64,000 nt of DNA from Planctomycetota bacterium (GTDB lineage: Bacteria > Planctomycetota > PLA2 > JAEUHO01). The DNA lies in the NCBI GenBank assembly GCA_965222115.1, contig CBDCTJ010000001.1, positions 96,001 through 160,000 on the forward strand. Reading direction: 5' to 3'. A program made the position numbers and the translations under genes. This document shows, piece by piece, positions 34,729 to 44,357 of this stretch. Each line of letters starts with the position of its first letter. Position 1 is the first letter of the stretch. The notes under the pieces were generated by a model that had not been told where the DNA came from, made no database searches, and was given only the letters and a program-made list of their open reading frames with translations.

Positions 34729-36804
34729 ATGAGCCCCTCGCCGCGTCCAACTGCTGCCACGTCCCCGCCAGCGCCAAACGGGCGCAAGAAGAACAAGGAC
34801 AAGATTGGCGCCGATCGCTATGTCCGCAATATGCGGGACGTACTGAAGTTTGCGCGCCCCCATTGGAAACCCATTGCGCTCGCCTTCCTGCTGATGGCCG
34901 TGCAGTCCTTTGCCAGCATGGCGCGGCTGGTCATGGTGGTGCCCATTGCCACACGCGTGCTGGGCGTGGACCCCTCAGCCAACGAGTCGCCCGCTACCGC
35001 GCCGACAGACGAAGCCGACCAGGATGCCGTGAGCACCGTTCGTCTCATGCAGAAAAAGGGCGGCCGCTTTACTCGCATCCTGGATGACATCGTCGATGCG
35101 GTCAACGCCCATACGGCGCCAATGATCCCCGACCACTGGACCGATCCGCCCGACGCCATGAAGGACGACTCGCAAGCGTCGCGGGACGCCTATCGAGCCG
35201 GTGCAAAGGATCGCTACGCCACGCTCTTTACCGTGCTCCTTGTGTTCTTGCTACTCACCGCGCTCATGTGTGTGGCCACGTTTGGTCAATCGTATCTCGC
35301 CATGAAGGCGCAACTTCACATACTGATGGATGTTCGCGAGTCGCTCGTACGGAAACTGCTGCGGCAGCCCACGTCGTTTTTCGACTCGCGCAATACGGGC
35401 GATTTGGCGCAGCGCGCCCTCGGCGATGTCGAAGGCTATCGCGGCGGGCTCATGTTGATGTTGCATGCACTCCCCAAGTGCTTCTTTGACCTGGCCAGTG
35501 CACTGTTCATTCTTGCGGCCCTGTCGTGGAAACTTCTGCTGGTTTGCTTCATCGCAATTCCGCTACTCATCCCGATGCGCAACCTGAGCCGCAAGACGCT
35601 CAAACGCGCCCACCGCCGTCAACAAGTCACCTCAAATCTCTATCGCGCGATGCTGCAGCTTTTCGCCGGTGTTCGGACCGTAAAGGCCTATGCCACGGAG
35701 GAAAAGCACGCGCGCGAGTTTCGCGCCACCGATGAAGTGGTCACGCAGAAGGCACTCAAGCTTCAACGCACCAAGAGCACCGCCAATGCGCTGATTGGAT
35801 TTATCAACAACGCGCTGGCCATGGCGCTCACGGTGGGCGGGGGCTGGCTCATCATGCGTGGCCACCTCGATGTTTCGCCTGTCGAACTCCTTGTATTCCT
35901 CATGTTGATGGCCAATCTCTACCAGCCGCTCAAACGTCTGGTGCGTCACAACAACGGCCTGTTGGAGTCGATGGCCAGCATCGAGCGGACGACTGAATAC
36001 TTGAATCTTCCCGATGGCATGGCGGATCGCCCGGGAGCCCAGACCTTTGGCGGTGTTCAGGATCACATTCGTTTTCGCGATGTGCACTTTGCCTATGCCG
36101 GACACGACGGCGTCTTGCACGACATCAATTTCGAGATTCCGCGGGGGCAAACCGTTGCGCTCGTGGGTGCTTCGGGTTCTGGCAAGTCCACCATTTGCGA
36201 TCTTTTGGCGCGCTACTACGAACCCACGCAAGGCGCCATTGAGATTGATGGCGTAGACGTTCGAGATCTCACACGCAAGAGCTTCCTCGATCGTCTCGCG
36301 ATTGTTACGCAGGACGCGTTTCTCTTTGACGCGTCGGTCGCAAGCAACATTCGCGAGGGACGCGACGAAGCAGGTCGAACCGAGATCGAGGCTGCGGCAA
36401 AGGCTGCGAGCATTCACGACCAGATCACGTCCTTTGAGCGTGGCTACAACGAAGAGGTGGGCGAGGACGGCGGGCGATTGTCAGGCGGTCAGCGACAGCG
36501 CGTGACCATCGCCCGCGCCTTGGTTCGCGATCCGCAGATTCTTGTGCTCGACGAAGCCACGTCCAATCTCGACACCGAAAGCGAACGCGCCGTGCAACTG
36601 GCGCTCGACGAATTGCGTGCGGGCCGTACTACGCTTGTTGTTGCCCACCGTCTAAGCACCGTTCGAAGCGCCGATATGATTCTCGTGCTCGACGAAGGAC
36701 ATATTGTGGAACGCGGCACGCACGAGGAACTCATCGCCAAGGGTGGCCGCTACGCCTCGCTCGTTCATCTGCAAGACATCTCAAGTAGTTCGGCGACGAG
36801 CTGA
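34729..36804 (+). CDS. ABC exporter, permease plus ATPase (MsbA-like)
   Basis: 6-TM domain; GASGSGKST, LSGGQRQR, LVLDEATSNLD, VAHRLST; located next to LPS glycosyltransferases. Confidence 0.9.
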   Translation: MSPSPRPTAATSPPAPNGRKKNKDKIGADRYVRNMRDVLKFARPHWKPIALAFLLMAVQSFASMARLVMVVPIATRVLGVDPSANESPATAPTDEADQDAVSTVRLMQKKGGRFTRILDDIVDAVNAHTAPMIPDHWTDPPDAMKDDSQASRDAYRAGAKDRYATLFTVLLVFLLLTALMCVATFGQSYLAMKAQLHILMDVRESLVRKLLRQPTSFFDSRNTGDLAQRALGDVEGYRGGLMLMLHALPKCFFDLASALFILAALSWKLLLVCFIAIPLLIPMRNLSRKTLKRAHRRQQVTSNLYRAMLQLFAGVRTVKAYATEEKHAREFRATDEVVTQKALKLQRTKSTANALIGFINNALAMALTVGGGWLIMRGHLDVSPVELLVFLMLMANLYQPLKRLVRHNNGLLESMASIERTTEYLNLPDGMADRPGAQTFGGVQDHIRFRDVHFAYAGHDGVLHDINFEIPRGQTVALVGASGSGKSTICDLLARYYEPTQGAIEIDGVDVRDLTRKSFLDRLAIVTQDAFLFDASVASNIREGRDEAGRTEIEAAAKAASIHDQITSFERGYNEEVGEDGGRLSGGQRQRVTIARALVRDPQILVLDEATSNLDTESERAVQLALDELRAGRTTLVVAHRLSTVRSADMILVLDEGHIVERGTHEELIAKGGRYASLVHLQDISSSSATS

Positions 36805-36821
36805 CCGCAATCTAGCCCGGG

Positions 36822-37631
36822 TTAGTCTGGGTCTTGGACGAGTCCACGCACGCAGCGCGCAGGCTTCTTTCGCCGGTAGTATTCACGATTGACGGTGCGA
36901 TTGGCGCTCTTACGACGCCATAGGGGATGGAGATGAAACACGATAGACGATAGAAACATCAACTTCACGCGGGGCCGAGGTCGCATGGCCATGGCGCGTG
37001 TTCGCAGATCACTGTCTTCGTACCCCCACCCCTCATAGGCTTCGTCGAAGCCGTTTACCGCCTCCAGTAGCGAGCGATCGAACGCCATATTGGCGCCCAA
37101 CACTTTGGGTCGGTTGGGGCGCCGCAACGCCATACCCACCCGACTCTTGCGCAGCTTCTCATTGAGGTCCTTGCGTGCATCGTCGGAGACCCAGGTCTCA
37201 AACAAACCCGCATCCACAGCCGCGGCGTCCAGACGACGCGTTTCGTCCTTTGTGAGCCATGCTACGCCGCCCACATGAAAGCTACGCGCTTCGTGTTGTT
37301 CTAGGTGCTCTGCAACGAAAGTGGCGCGGGGCAAACAGTCGGCGTCGGAAAACACCAAGAGTTGTTCATCGCCCGCCCGACGGAGGGCTTCATTGAGGAT
37401 GCGCGCTTTCCGAAACCCTTGATCGGCTTGCCAGACATAAGAAAGCTCAATACCACGCTGCTCGGCATCGGGCATCGCAGCTTCAACAATCTCACGCGTC
37501 CCGTCGCTGCTCCCGTCGTCGGCCACACACAGCGAAAAATCGGTCGACGTTTGACGAAAGTAGGCGCGCAGCACGAGCTGCAAAAAGGGCCCCTGGTTGT
37601 AGGTGGCGAGCACAACGCGTGCGCGGGGCAT
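36822..37631 (-). CDS. Glycosyltransferase family 2 with GT7-like C-terminal motif
   Basis: VVLATYN, VADDGSSD, FSDADC, VNGFDEAYEGWGYEDSDL. Confidence 0.9.
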   Translation of the reverse strand: MPRARVVLATYNQGPFLQLVLRAYFRQTSTDFSLCVADDGSSDGTREIVEAAMPDAEQRGIELSYVWQADQGFRKARILNEALRRAGDEQLLVFSDADCLPRATFVAEHLEQHEARSFHVGGVAWLTKDETRRLDAAAVDAGLFETWVSDDARKDLNEKLRKSRVGMALRRPNRPKVLGANMAFDRSLLEAVNGFDEAYEGWGYEDSDLRTRAMAMRPRPRVKLMFLSSIVFHLHPLWRRKSANRTVNREYYRRKKPARCVRGLVQDPD

Positions 37632-37747
37632 GAGCACACTCCTAACCCGGACTTTTCTGAACGGCCGCAAACCGCATACGCACGAAATCGTATTGGTGCG
37701 CCCATGCTACCCTTGCGCGAACGCGGTACTGGAATTACGTCTTGAGC

Positions 37748-38509
37748 ATGGATTTCGAAGTTCTGGGTTCATCAGGTCGTCCGGTTCGCGGTACATGGCA
37801 CGGTCACAAAGACGCCCCCTCGGTGTTGGTGCTGCACGGATTCAAAGGCTTTCGTTCGTGGGGGTTTTTTCCGTGGCTTTGCGACGAATTCGCAAGCGCT
37901 GGATGGCGCGCGTTACGGATCGACTTTTCGCATAACGGAGTCGAAGAGAGAGACTTTGATCGGCTCGACCTGTTCATGCTCGATACCCCCACCCGCCATC
38001 AGGAAGACCTACGCGCCGTTGCCAAGTCGATCGAGGGGCCATTCGCAATCCTGGGCCACAGCCGCGGTGGCGGCGACGCGATCCTGTTCGCGGCATCCGA
38101 GCCGCGCGTGACGCGTGTTGTTACGTTGGCATCGGTGGCGACAACTGCATGGCGACCGCCCGACGTGGAAGAGAATCTGCGTACCCTTGGGTACTACCCC
38201 GTCCCGAACGCACGCACCAAACAAACCATGCCCGTCGCGCGACACGCCATCGAAGACGGTAGTCGTCATTCCATTGAAGACGCCGCGAGACAGATGCACG
38301 CGCCACTGCTCCTCATTCACGGCACCGAGGACGAATCGGTGCCCCCATCGGCGTCAGAACAAGTCGCAACCTGGCATCGCAATGCCAATCTCAAGTTGAT
38401 TGAGGGTGCGGGACACACGTTTGGAGCCGTGCATCCCTGGCGAGGTCCTACACACTGGCTCGAGGAGGCCTCGCGGTTGACCACGAGGTTTCTTCTCGAT
38501 GCGATGTGA
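37748..38509 (+). CDS. Alpha/beta hydrolase
   Basis: HGFKGFRSWG, nucleophile elbow GHSRGG, IHGTEDESV, GAGHTFG. Confidence 0.9.
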   Translation: MDFEVLGSSGRPVRGTWHGHKDAPSVLVLHGFKGFRSWGFFPWLCDEFASAGWRALRIDFSHNGVEERDFDRLDLFMLDTPTRHQEDLRAVAKSIEGPFAILGHSRGGGDAILFAASEPRVTRVVTLASVATTAWRPPDVEENLRTLGYYPVPNARTKQTMPVARHAIEDGSRHSIEDAARQMHAPLLLIHGTEDESVPPSASEQVATWHRNANLKLIEGAGHTFGAVHPWRGPTHWLEEASRLTTRFLLDAM

Positions 38510-38553
38510 ATCGCTGAGTAAACGGACGGACACCATGCGCATGGTCGCACACG

Positions 38554-39549
38554 CTAAAAGCGGCAAACGAAGTATCGAGCCCAGTTCTTGCCGGGAAATT
38601 CGCGTTCGCCTGCCCATGCGGTTTCCGTGCCGCCGCCACGCGGTGGGCAATCGGGGATCGGAACTTTGATGACGGTTGTTTGCAATTCTTGAAGCGGGTA
38701 AAGAATGACGGCCACATACTCACCGGGACCTGGCACGTATCCATCACCGTTGGCTATGGCGTCGTCAATGATGGCCTGGGCCAATCCTAGGTCCGGCAGA
38801 ATGCCACCGCCCAAGGTCCAATCGCCATCGTCAATCACGCCCCATAGCGCCGCCTGAATCTCATCTCGACCCGCACCCCACGAACTGTAGTCCTGATTGA
38901 GAATGTAGTTGAGCACATCGAGATTCTCGGGACGATCAACCGCGCCCAGAGCCTCTGGCGAATAGCTACCGACCATCGTCACGTCCTCGGTGCATCCGCC
39001 GAGCCCGCGCTCCATATCAATGCACCAGCCTTCATAGGTTCCGTTGTAGGCACCGGCGTCCGACAGGGTGATGTCGGTAAATGAGTTCTGGCCGGGGAAT
39101 TCAAAGCACGCTTGCACTACGCCGGCAGGGAGAATCAAGTCGGCGATGCAATCCTGAGGGGCGCTGCCGTCATGCGAGACGACGGCGTGTGCAGCGATGA
39201 CAAGATCTCCCTTGGGAAACGCATCACATGGAAATCGAACAATGTGATACGCACCATCCACGACTTGCTTGTAGTGGAAACGACCGGGAATTGGTCCTCC
39301 GCGATTCTGTGGGATCGCCCTTAGCGTTCCTGCGACGGCAAGGTGGACTTCTTTCAACTCCCACCCCCCGACGGTTCGGTAGGTGGCAAACAGGTAGCCA
39401 CCGCCTTTCCACACGCTGACTGTGCCTACATTGGAATGTTGGCCGGCCCAGAGGGTTGCCGAGCATGCGTCGTTTGCTTGCGCCCTACCGAGAGGTAACG
39501 CACACATAAGTAGTAGGGCAAATCCAGTAGCTAAAAAACCACGAACCAT
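38554..39549 (-). CDS. Secreted protein: beta-domain split by an inserted thioester-domain (TED)-like module
   Basis: GGAG RBS and signal peptide from ATG 39549; host domain LWAGQH..EVHL..IPGRF..AAHAVV ... ETAWAG..FPGKNWARYF; insert with GWCID, EIQAALW, LQTTVI. Confidence 0.65.
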   Translation of the reverse strand: MVRGFLATGFALLLMCALPLGRAQANDACSATLWAGQHSNVGTVSVWKGGGYLFATYRTVGGWELKEVHLAVAGTLRAIPQNRGGPIPGRFHYKQVVDGAYHIVRFPCDAFPKGDLVIAAHAVVSHDGSAPQDCIADLILPAGVVQACFEFPGQNSFTDITLSDAGAYNGTYEGWCIDMERGLGGCTEDVTMVGSYSPEALGAVDRPENLDVLNYILNQDYSSWGAGRDEIQAALWGVIDDGDWTLGGGILPDLGLAQAIIDDAIANGDGYVPGPGEYVAVILYPLQELQTTVIKVPIPDCPPRGGGTETAWAGEREFPGKNWARYFVCRF

Positions 39550-39766
39550 GGATTGGTCTCCAAAGTTGTTATCGTTGTTGCTGACAGTCGATCGGACGAA
39601 GATTGCAATTGCCGTTCCTGTGTCCAAGTGCGCGAAGTAGGCAGCTAATGGACAGATTTCGCAACACCGATCCTCCCGACGTCCCAAATTGTGAACACGT
39701 GCAAGACGAAGACTATGCGACTGTGTGCACTCGATCCAATCGCACCGCAGGTAGGTGCGGCTGCGA

Positions 39767-40891
39767 TCAGCTTGGCATGTCAAGCGCGTGAAGAACGGCG
39801 GTCGCAAACGCTTCGGGAGAGAAGCGATCGGAAGCGCGAGCTTTGGCCGCCGCGCCCGCTGCGCGGCACCACGCCTGGTGTTGAATGCAATGACGCATCG
39901 CAGACGAGAGCCCTTCGAACGATTCATCGAACACCCAGCCGGCTTTCTGGTGATCAACAAGATCGGGCAGCATACCGCGACTCATAACGATGCCAGGAAC
40001 CCCAAGTGCCATACCCTCACGAATCGCTCGACAGGTTGGATCCGAGCCCGGCACGAGAAACAACTGTGCGTCGAAGTCGGCAATCGTTGCTGCGTAGTCT
40101 CCGCCGCGCTTGTAACCAGCGAACACAACGTGGCTATCGAGTCCACGTGACTTGACCGGCTCAAAGCCAACTTCGGCTTGGTAGGTACCGCGCCCGAGTA
40201 CAACGACGCGAAACTCGTGCCCCTCCGTTTTAAGCACCTCAACGGCGTCCCAAAGCAGCTCAAAGCGCCGGTGACGTTGCATACGAGCAACAATGCCAAA
40301 AATGAACTCGTCGGTCGATAGGCCAAGTGCCCGCCGCCCGGTTCCCTTGCGTCCTTTGGCCGCCTGCTGCAGCGAACGCATATCCAGGGGAATGGGCGCC
40401 ACGACGACGCGCCGCGCACCCGCATCTGTAGCGGCTCGTGCGGCACGATCCGAAAACGTCACAACGGCCGTGGCATGACGAAACGCGCGGCGAAGGGAAG
40501 CGCTGGGTGGCGTTTGACCATCGGCAAACCAGAGCGCCACGTGGCGCGTGCCCGGACGTCGGCGTACCGCCCGCGACGCAAGCCGATGATCGTTCTTGAG
40601 TGTGCTCACAACGACTTCGATTTGGTGGTTTGCTAGCGCACGAGTCAACGCCGACACATCGCGCAAGTCGCGCAGGGGCGATGAGTGTTTGTGCAAGGTC
40701 GCGCCCGTATCGATCCACGTGAGTCCTCGCGCGCGCGCTGCATGTTGTGCGGCGTCGCGCTCGCCTGCGGGCGTCTCGCCCGTAGCAACCACCACGTCAT
40801 GCCCGGCGTCACGCAGCGCGCGCGCGCCATCGAGCGCAGGCTCCACCGGCCCGGTTCGCTTCCAGTTGCTTATAGTGACGAGAATCTTCAC
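39767..40891 (-). CDS. Glycosyltransferase family 4 (GT-B)
   Basis: MKILV start, FGIVARMQRHRR, VVFAGY, REGMALGVP. Confidence 0.88.
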   Translation of the reverse strand: MKILVTISNWKRTGPVEPALDGARALRDAGHDVVVATGETPAGERDAAQHAARARGLTWIDTGATLHKHSSPLRDLRDVSALTRALANHQIEVVVSTLKNDHRLASRAVRRRPGTRHVALWFADGQTPPSASLRRAFRHATAVVTFSDRAARAATDAGARRVVVAPIPLDMRSLQQAAKGRKGTGRRALGLSTDEFIFGIVARMQRHRRFELLWDAVEVLKTEGHEFRVVVLGRGTYQAEVGFEPVKSRGLDSHVVFAGYKRGGDYAATIADFDAQLFLVPGSDPTCRAIREGMALGVPGIVMSRGMLPDLVDHQKAGWVFDESFEGLSSAMRHCIQHQAWCRAAGAAAKARASDRFSPEAFATAVLHALDMPS

Positions 40892-40905
40892 GTGGACGTC
40901 TCACG

Positions 40906-42522
40906 CTACTCAATCGGTTCGTCAATGACCACGATCTTCCGATCAAGCGCCTCTTGCACTCGGCGCGCATAGTCGCGCTCCAACGATCGCGAGCGTGTAA
41001 GCCCCGAAACGTGCGCATAGTCGCGAAACCAACGCAATCGATCGCACTTGGTGACCGAAATGGGGATGGAGGCCGCGAGCTGCGCGAGATTCTTAATGCG
41101 ACGCCGCGTGTCCACGGGCTCATCGAAGAATCGGCAGTGATCGGTGTCGATGAGGTGAAACGAAAAGGCGCCTCGATTGGCCTGCACAAGAATGTTCACG
41201 CCCTTGAGGTCGCCGTGATAAATCCCACGCGCATGGAGATTCCCCACCCACGCCGCCGATGCGCGCAGCAAGCGCGCGCGATCCTCGCTACGTGTGTTTA
41301 GGAACATTTCGCGTGCGAGATGGTCAAGTCGCCGACAGTCGACGAGTTCATCGTAGAGCGTGTAGGTGTGACCGCGGGTCTGAACAATGGCAAGCGGACG
41401 CGCTGTCCCTACACCTTCATTCATCAGCCGATGAGCGTTTCGGTAGCCGCTTTGATCTAAGCGGGGAACTAGCCGGTGACGCAGGCCGCGCCATCCACCG
41501 CCCGCGAGCGCCTCTTTGACAACGATGCCGTCCACGCGACTCACGCGGGATCGTTCACTTTGCTTCAGTAGTTTGCCCGCCGCGTGAGCAACGACATGTC
41601 GATGTGTATCTATCGCATACTCAATGGCTTCGGGGTCTACATCACGGCGGCGCGCGCCCGTGCCCAGCGGTACGTCACGGGTGTAGATTGTACTATCCAC
41701 CATACAACGCCGCGCGCGACTCTTTCGGCGCACGGCGCGAAGCCGACGCATGTCGCGCATAACGTGCTCGACCCAAAGCGACCGCTGCTCCTCATCGGGT
41801 TCATACGCTTGAAGCCACGACCGGAGTGTGGACTCGGACGAGGGTGGCGTCATGTAGGCGTGTAGGTAGGCGAGGGATCGCACGCGCCCGCGCCGTGAAA
41901 CAGTTTGTCCGAGGCGCACGCGGTGGAGATCCACAAGTCGCAAGCGACACGCTTCACCCGGCCCCGGTCCGGCGAGCACATTTCCCGGATGAAGATCTCG
42001 ATGATCAAAGCCCAAGTCGTGCATCGTGCGTATGAGTCGAGCAACGCGGGCGTCCAACCGTTTCGCTTGCTCCGGCGGTTGATCGGCTCGAGTCGTTGCA
42101 AGATCGCGAAGTCCGTCCTCGAAGCGCGCGAGAAAAAAGGAGCGCCCCAATAGGCGCATTCGCCGTTCTTCGCCCATCGCCAGCGCCTCCGGCACGGGCA
42201 GTCCCGCCCCGGCGAGATACCGCGCGGCGTCCCACTCCATGCGACTTCGTCCGCGAGCGACGAGATGCCGAAGTGCGCGCAGCCGGCGCGGGCGCTTGTG
42301 AAACTTGAGCAACACGGCACCAAGACCGTCGGCGAGCACGCGCGCGGTCACTCGGCTCATGCTCTCGCGAAGCACCGTTCCACCACGCGCGAAGGCTTCG
42401 GGATCGGGAACGACGCGTGTATGCACCACGGACTCGGCGCGGGGCACACTTGCTACGGCGAATCCACCAACATGCGCGGCGGTGACGTCATGGCGTGGCA
42501 TTGGCCGCCGGGTGTTGGGCAT
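40906..42522 (-). CDS. Lipopolysaccharide kinase (Kdo/WaaP/InaA family) with two tandem kinase domains
   Basis: Domain 1 HRDLHPGN...LVDLH; domain 2 YHGDLKGVN...LIDTD; each followed by an R..xLA.L helix. Confidence 0.85.
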   Translation of the reverse strand: MPNTRRPMPRHDVTAAHVGGFAVASVPRAESVVHTRVVPDPEAFARGGTVLRESMSRVTARVLADGLGAVLLKFHKRPRRLRALRHLVARGRSRMEWDAARYLAGAGLPVPEALAMGEERRMRLLGRSFFLARFEDGLRDLATTRADQPPEQAKRLDARVARLIRTMHDLGFDHRDLHPGNVLAGPGPGEACRLRLVDLHRVRLGQTVSRRGRVRSLAYLHAYMTPPSSESTLRSWLQAYEPDEEQRSLWVEHVMRDMRRLRAVRRKSRARRCMVDSTIYTRDVPLGTGARRRDVDPEAIEYAIDTHRHVVAHAAGKLLKQSERSRVSRVDGIVVKEALAGGGWRGLRHRLVPRLDQSGYRNAHRLMNEGVGTARPLAIVQTRGHTYTLYDELVDCRRLDHLAREMFLNTRSEDRARLLRASAAWVGNLHARGIYHGDLKGVNILVQANRGAFSFHLIDTDHCRFFDEPVDTRRRIKNLAQLAASIPISVTKCDRLRWFRDYAHVSGLTRSRSLERDYARRVQEALDRKIVVIDEPIE

Positions 42523-43366
42523 TGTGTTGCCGTAGATTCCAAAGCTTGGCGTATTTCAAAAACACGCCGTAGCTATCCAAGATCGCAAGGACCAACCCGC
42601 GGCCGCCGTCGAGAAAGCCCGCGCGCAGGACGTACATACGAAAGAAACGGAAAGCGGGCCGTAAGCAAATGTCCCACCATCGGGCGCGCTTGCCACGCTT
42701 GTACTTTTCATTGGCCGCAACAGTGCTAAATCGATTCGTCTTGTCGAGGTAGTCCTCCATGGACCGCCACGTGTAGTGCTCCAAGTTTCCGTCGCGCACA
42801 CGCTTAACGGTGCACGCCGTTTCGACGCGGTCATGGGGATCGATACCGCCCCACGCAGCGTGCCCGCGATGAAACAAACGCGTGCGCCACTCGGGATACC
42901 AACCGCCGTGTTTGATCCAGCCGCCCAAAAAGAAAACCTTGCGTGTGACGGCAAAGGCCAATGGTTTGGTGCCGCCGTCGGCAAGGCCGGTGGTGCCGTC
43001 GTCGGCAAGACACGTGGCGCGCAAAGCCAAGAGCGCATCGCGCAGTTCATCGTCGACACGTTCATCGGCATCGAGTGAAAAGATCCAGTCGTGGGTGGCC
43101 GCCTCGGCAGCGCGCTGCTTCTGCTTCACCCAGCCCGGCCAGTCGGTCTCGATGACGCGCGCACCCAGCTCTCGGCACAGTGCCTGCGTACCATCGGTGC
43201 TTCCCGAGTCGAGCACCACCACTTCGTCGCACCATGAAACGCTTTCAATGCAGCGGCGAATTCGATCCACCTCATTCATGGCGATAATGCACGCCGAGAC
43301 GGGCACATGCGTAGACGCCGTGGAACGCGAGGGCGCGGAGGAAGTCGTCATGGTTGCCTGCGTCAT
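42488..43366 (-). CDS. Glycosyltransferase family 2, WaaE/KdtX-like LPS glycosyltransferase
   Basis: VSACIIAMNE, LDSGSTDGT, FSLDADE, FFRMYVLRAGFLDG..G, FLKYAKLW. Start at ATG 43366 or 43351. Confidence 0.9.
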   Translation of the reverse strand: MTQATMTTSSAPSRSTASTHVPVSACIIAMNEVDRIRRCIESVSWCDEVVVLDSGSTDGTQALCRELGARVIETDWPGWVKQKQRAAEAATHDWIFSLDADERVDDELRDALLALRATCLADDGTTGLADGGTKPLAFAVTRKVFFLGGWIKHGGWYPEWRTRLFHRGHAAWGGIDPHDRVETACTVKRVRDGNLEHYTWRSMEDYLDKTNRFSTVAANEKYKRGKRARWWDICLRPAFRFFRMYVLRAGFLDGGRGLVLAILDSYGVFLKYAKLWNLRQHNAQHPAANATP

Positions 43367-43370
43367 ACCG

Positions 43371-44294
43371 TCAAGGAGCCCCATCGATTGGTTCGGAACC
43401 GGCAGCTTGCACTTGATTGACGGAGGCGTCGGGCTTGAGCTGGCCCGTGAGCATCCACCAAAACTCGCGCAGGGGCATGGTACGGCCAAGCGCGCGCCAA
43501 ATGCGAACCCACCACTCCCGCGCCGCCTTTCGATCGCCAGCGTAGCCCTCGAGGAAACGAAGTCCCAAGCGTGGCCCAACGGCTAAGCCTCGCAGGCGAT
43601 GTTTTTCAATCGAGCGGGCCAGGCGCGCAAGATCCTGCAGGCGCTCCGCACCCGTGAGCGGCCGTTCGAACGCGCGGGATTTATCGAAATCGAGCACGCG
43701 GAGCGAGCCATCCGACGTGAGGATGAGATTCTTGGGGTGCAGATCGCCATGACGGACGCCGGCATCATGGACCATGCGCACGACCTCGCCGGCACGGATC
43801 GGCACCACCCGGTCCTTCGAGGACGCTACGCGAATCGAACGACGGAGCCAGGCATCGAGGTCAATCGCACCTGAACACTCGCGCGTCAATAGATGGCCAC
43901 GCCACTTCGCCCCCCGACGGTGAATGACACAGGCCACGGCTTCCACAACCGGCACGCCGGCACCCATCAGTTGGCGGTGGAGTACGAGCTCACGCAACGG
44001 ACGCCACGCACCCGCAAAGTAGGTCCCGCGAAACCTGCGAAGCAGACCGCCCTTTGAATACGTACGAACGAGCAGCGGTCCATCCGGCGATTGAATGCGA
44101 CGAAGGGGGACGCGCCCCGATGCCTGGGCGCGAGGCAACGACTCGGGTCGCGATGCGACGGCGCGCGCCGCGACTTCACACGACGGTTCAAAGACGAGCA
44201 CCTCGCGCCCGTCGCATCGCATACGCAGATCGCGCGGCACGCTGTAGCGGGCTCGAATGGACCGCTCTAGCTCGGAATCGGGGTCGGCCACCAT
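43371..44294 (-). CDS. Kdo kinase (KdkA-like) / LPS kinase family protein
   Basis: VRTYSKGGLL, RPLREL, HDAGVRHGDLHPKN, VLDFDKS, LARLARSIEK. Confidence 0.85.
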   Translation of the reverse strand: MVADPDSELERSIRARYSVPRDLRMRCDGREVLVFEPSCEVAARAVASRPESLPRAQASGRVPLRRIQSPDGPLLVRTYSKGGLLRRFRGTYFAGAWRPLRELVLHRQLMGAGVPVVEAVACVIHRRGAKWRGHLLTRECSGAIDLDAWLRRSIRVASSKDRVVPIRAGEVVRMVHDAGVRHGDLHPKNLILTSDGSLRVLDFDKSRAFERPLTGAERLQDLARLARSIEKHRLRGLAVGPRLGLRFLEGYAGDRKAAREWWVRIWRALGRTMPLREFWWMLTGQLKPDASVNQVQAAGSEPIDGAP

Positions 44295-44357
44295 GCCTGG
44301 ATTATTCAGGAATCCCCACCGTTGCGGCCCACAATCTTGATCTGCAGCGCCGGAAGA

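Noticed and set aside
39550-39960. 137-aa N-terminal extension of the 468-aa ORF
   Set aside because: Overlaps the GT4 gene; RBS and signal peptide point to ATG 39549.
42967-43009. Short duplication in GT2 (LADDGTT / LADGGTK)
   Set aside because: In-frame loop duplication with no evident functional meaning.
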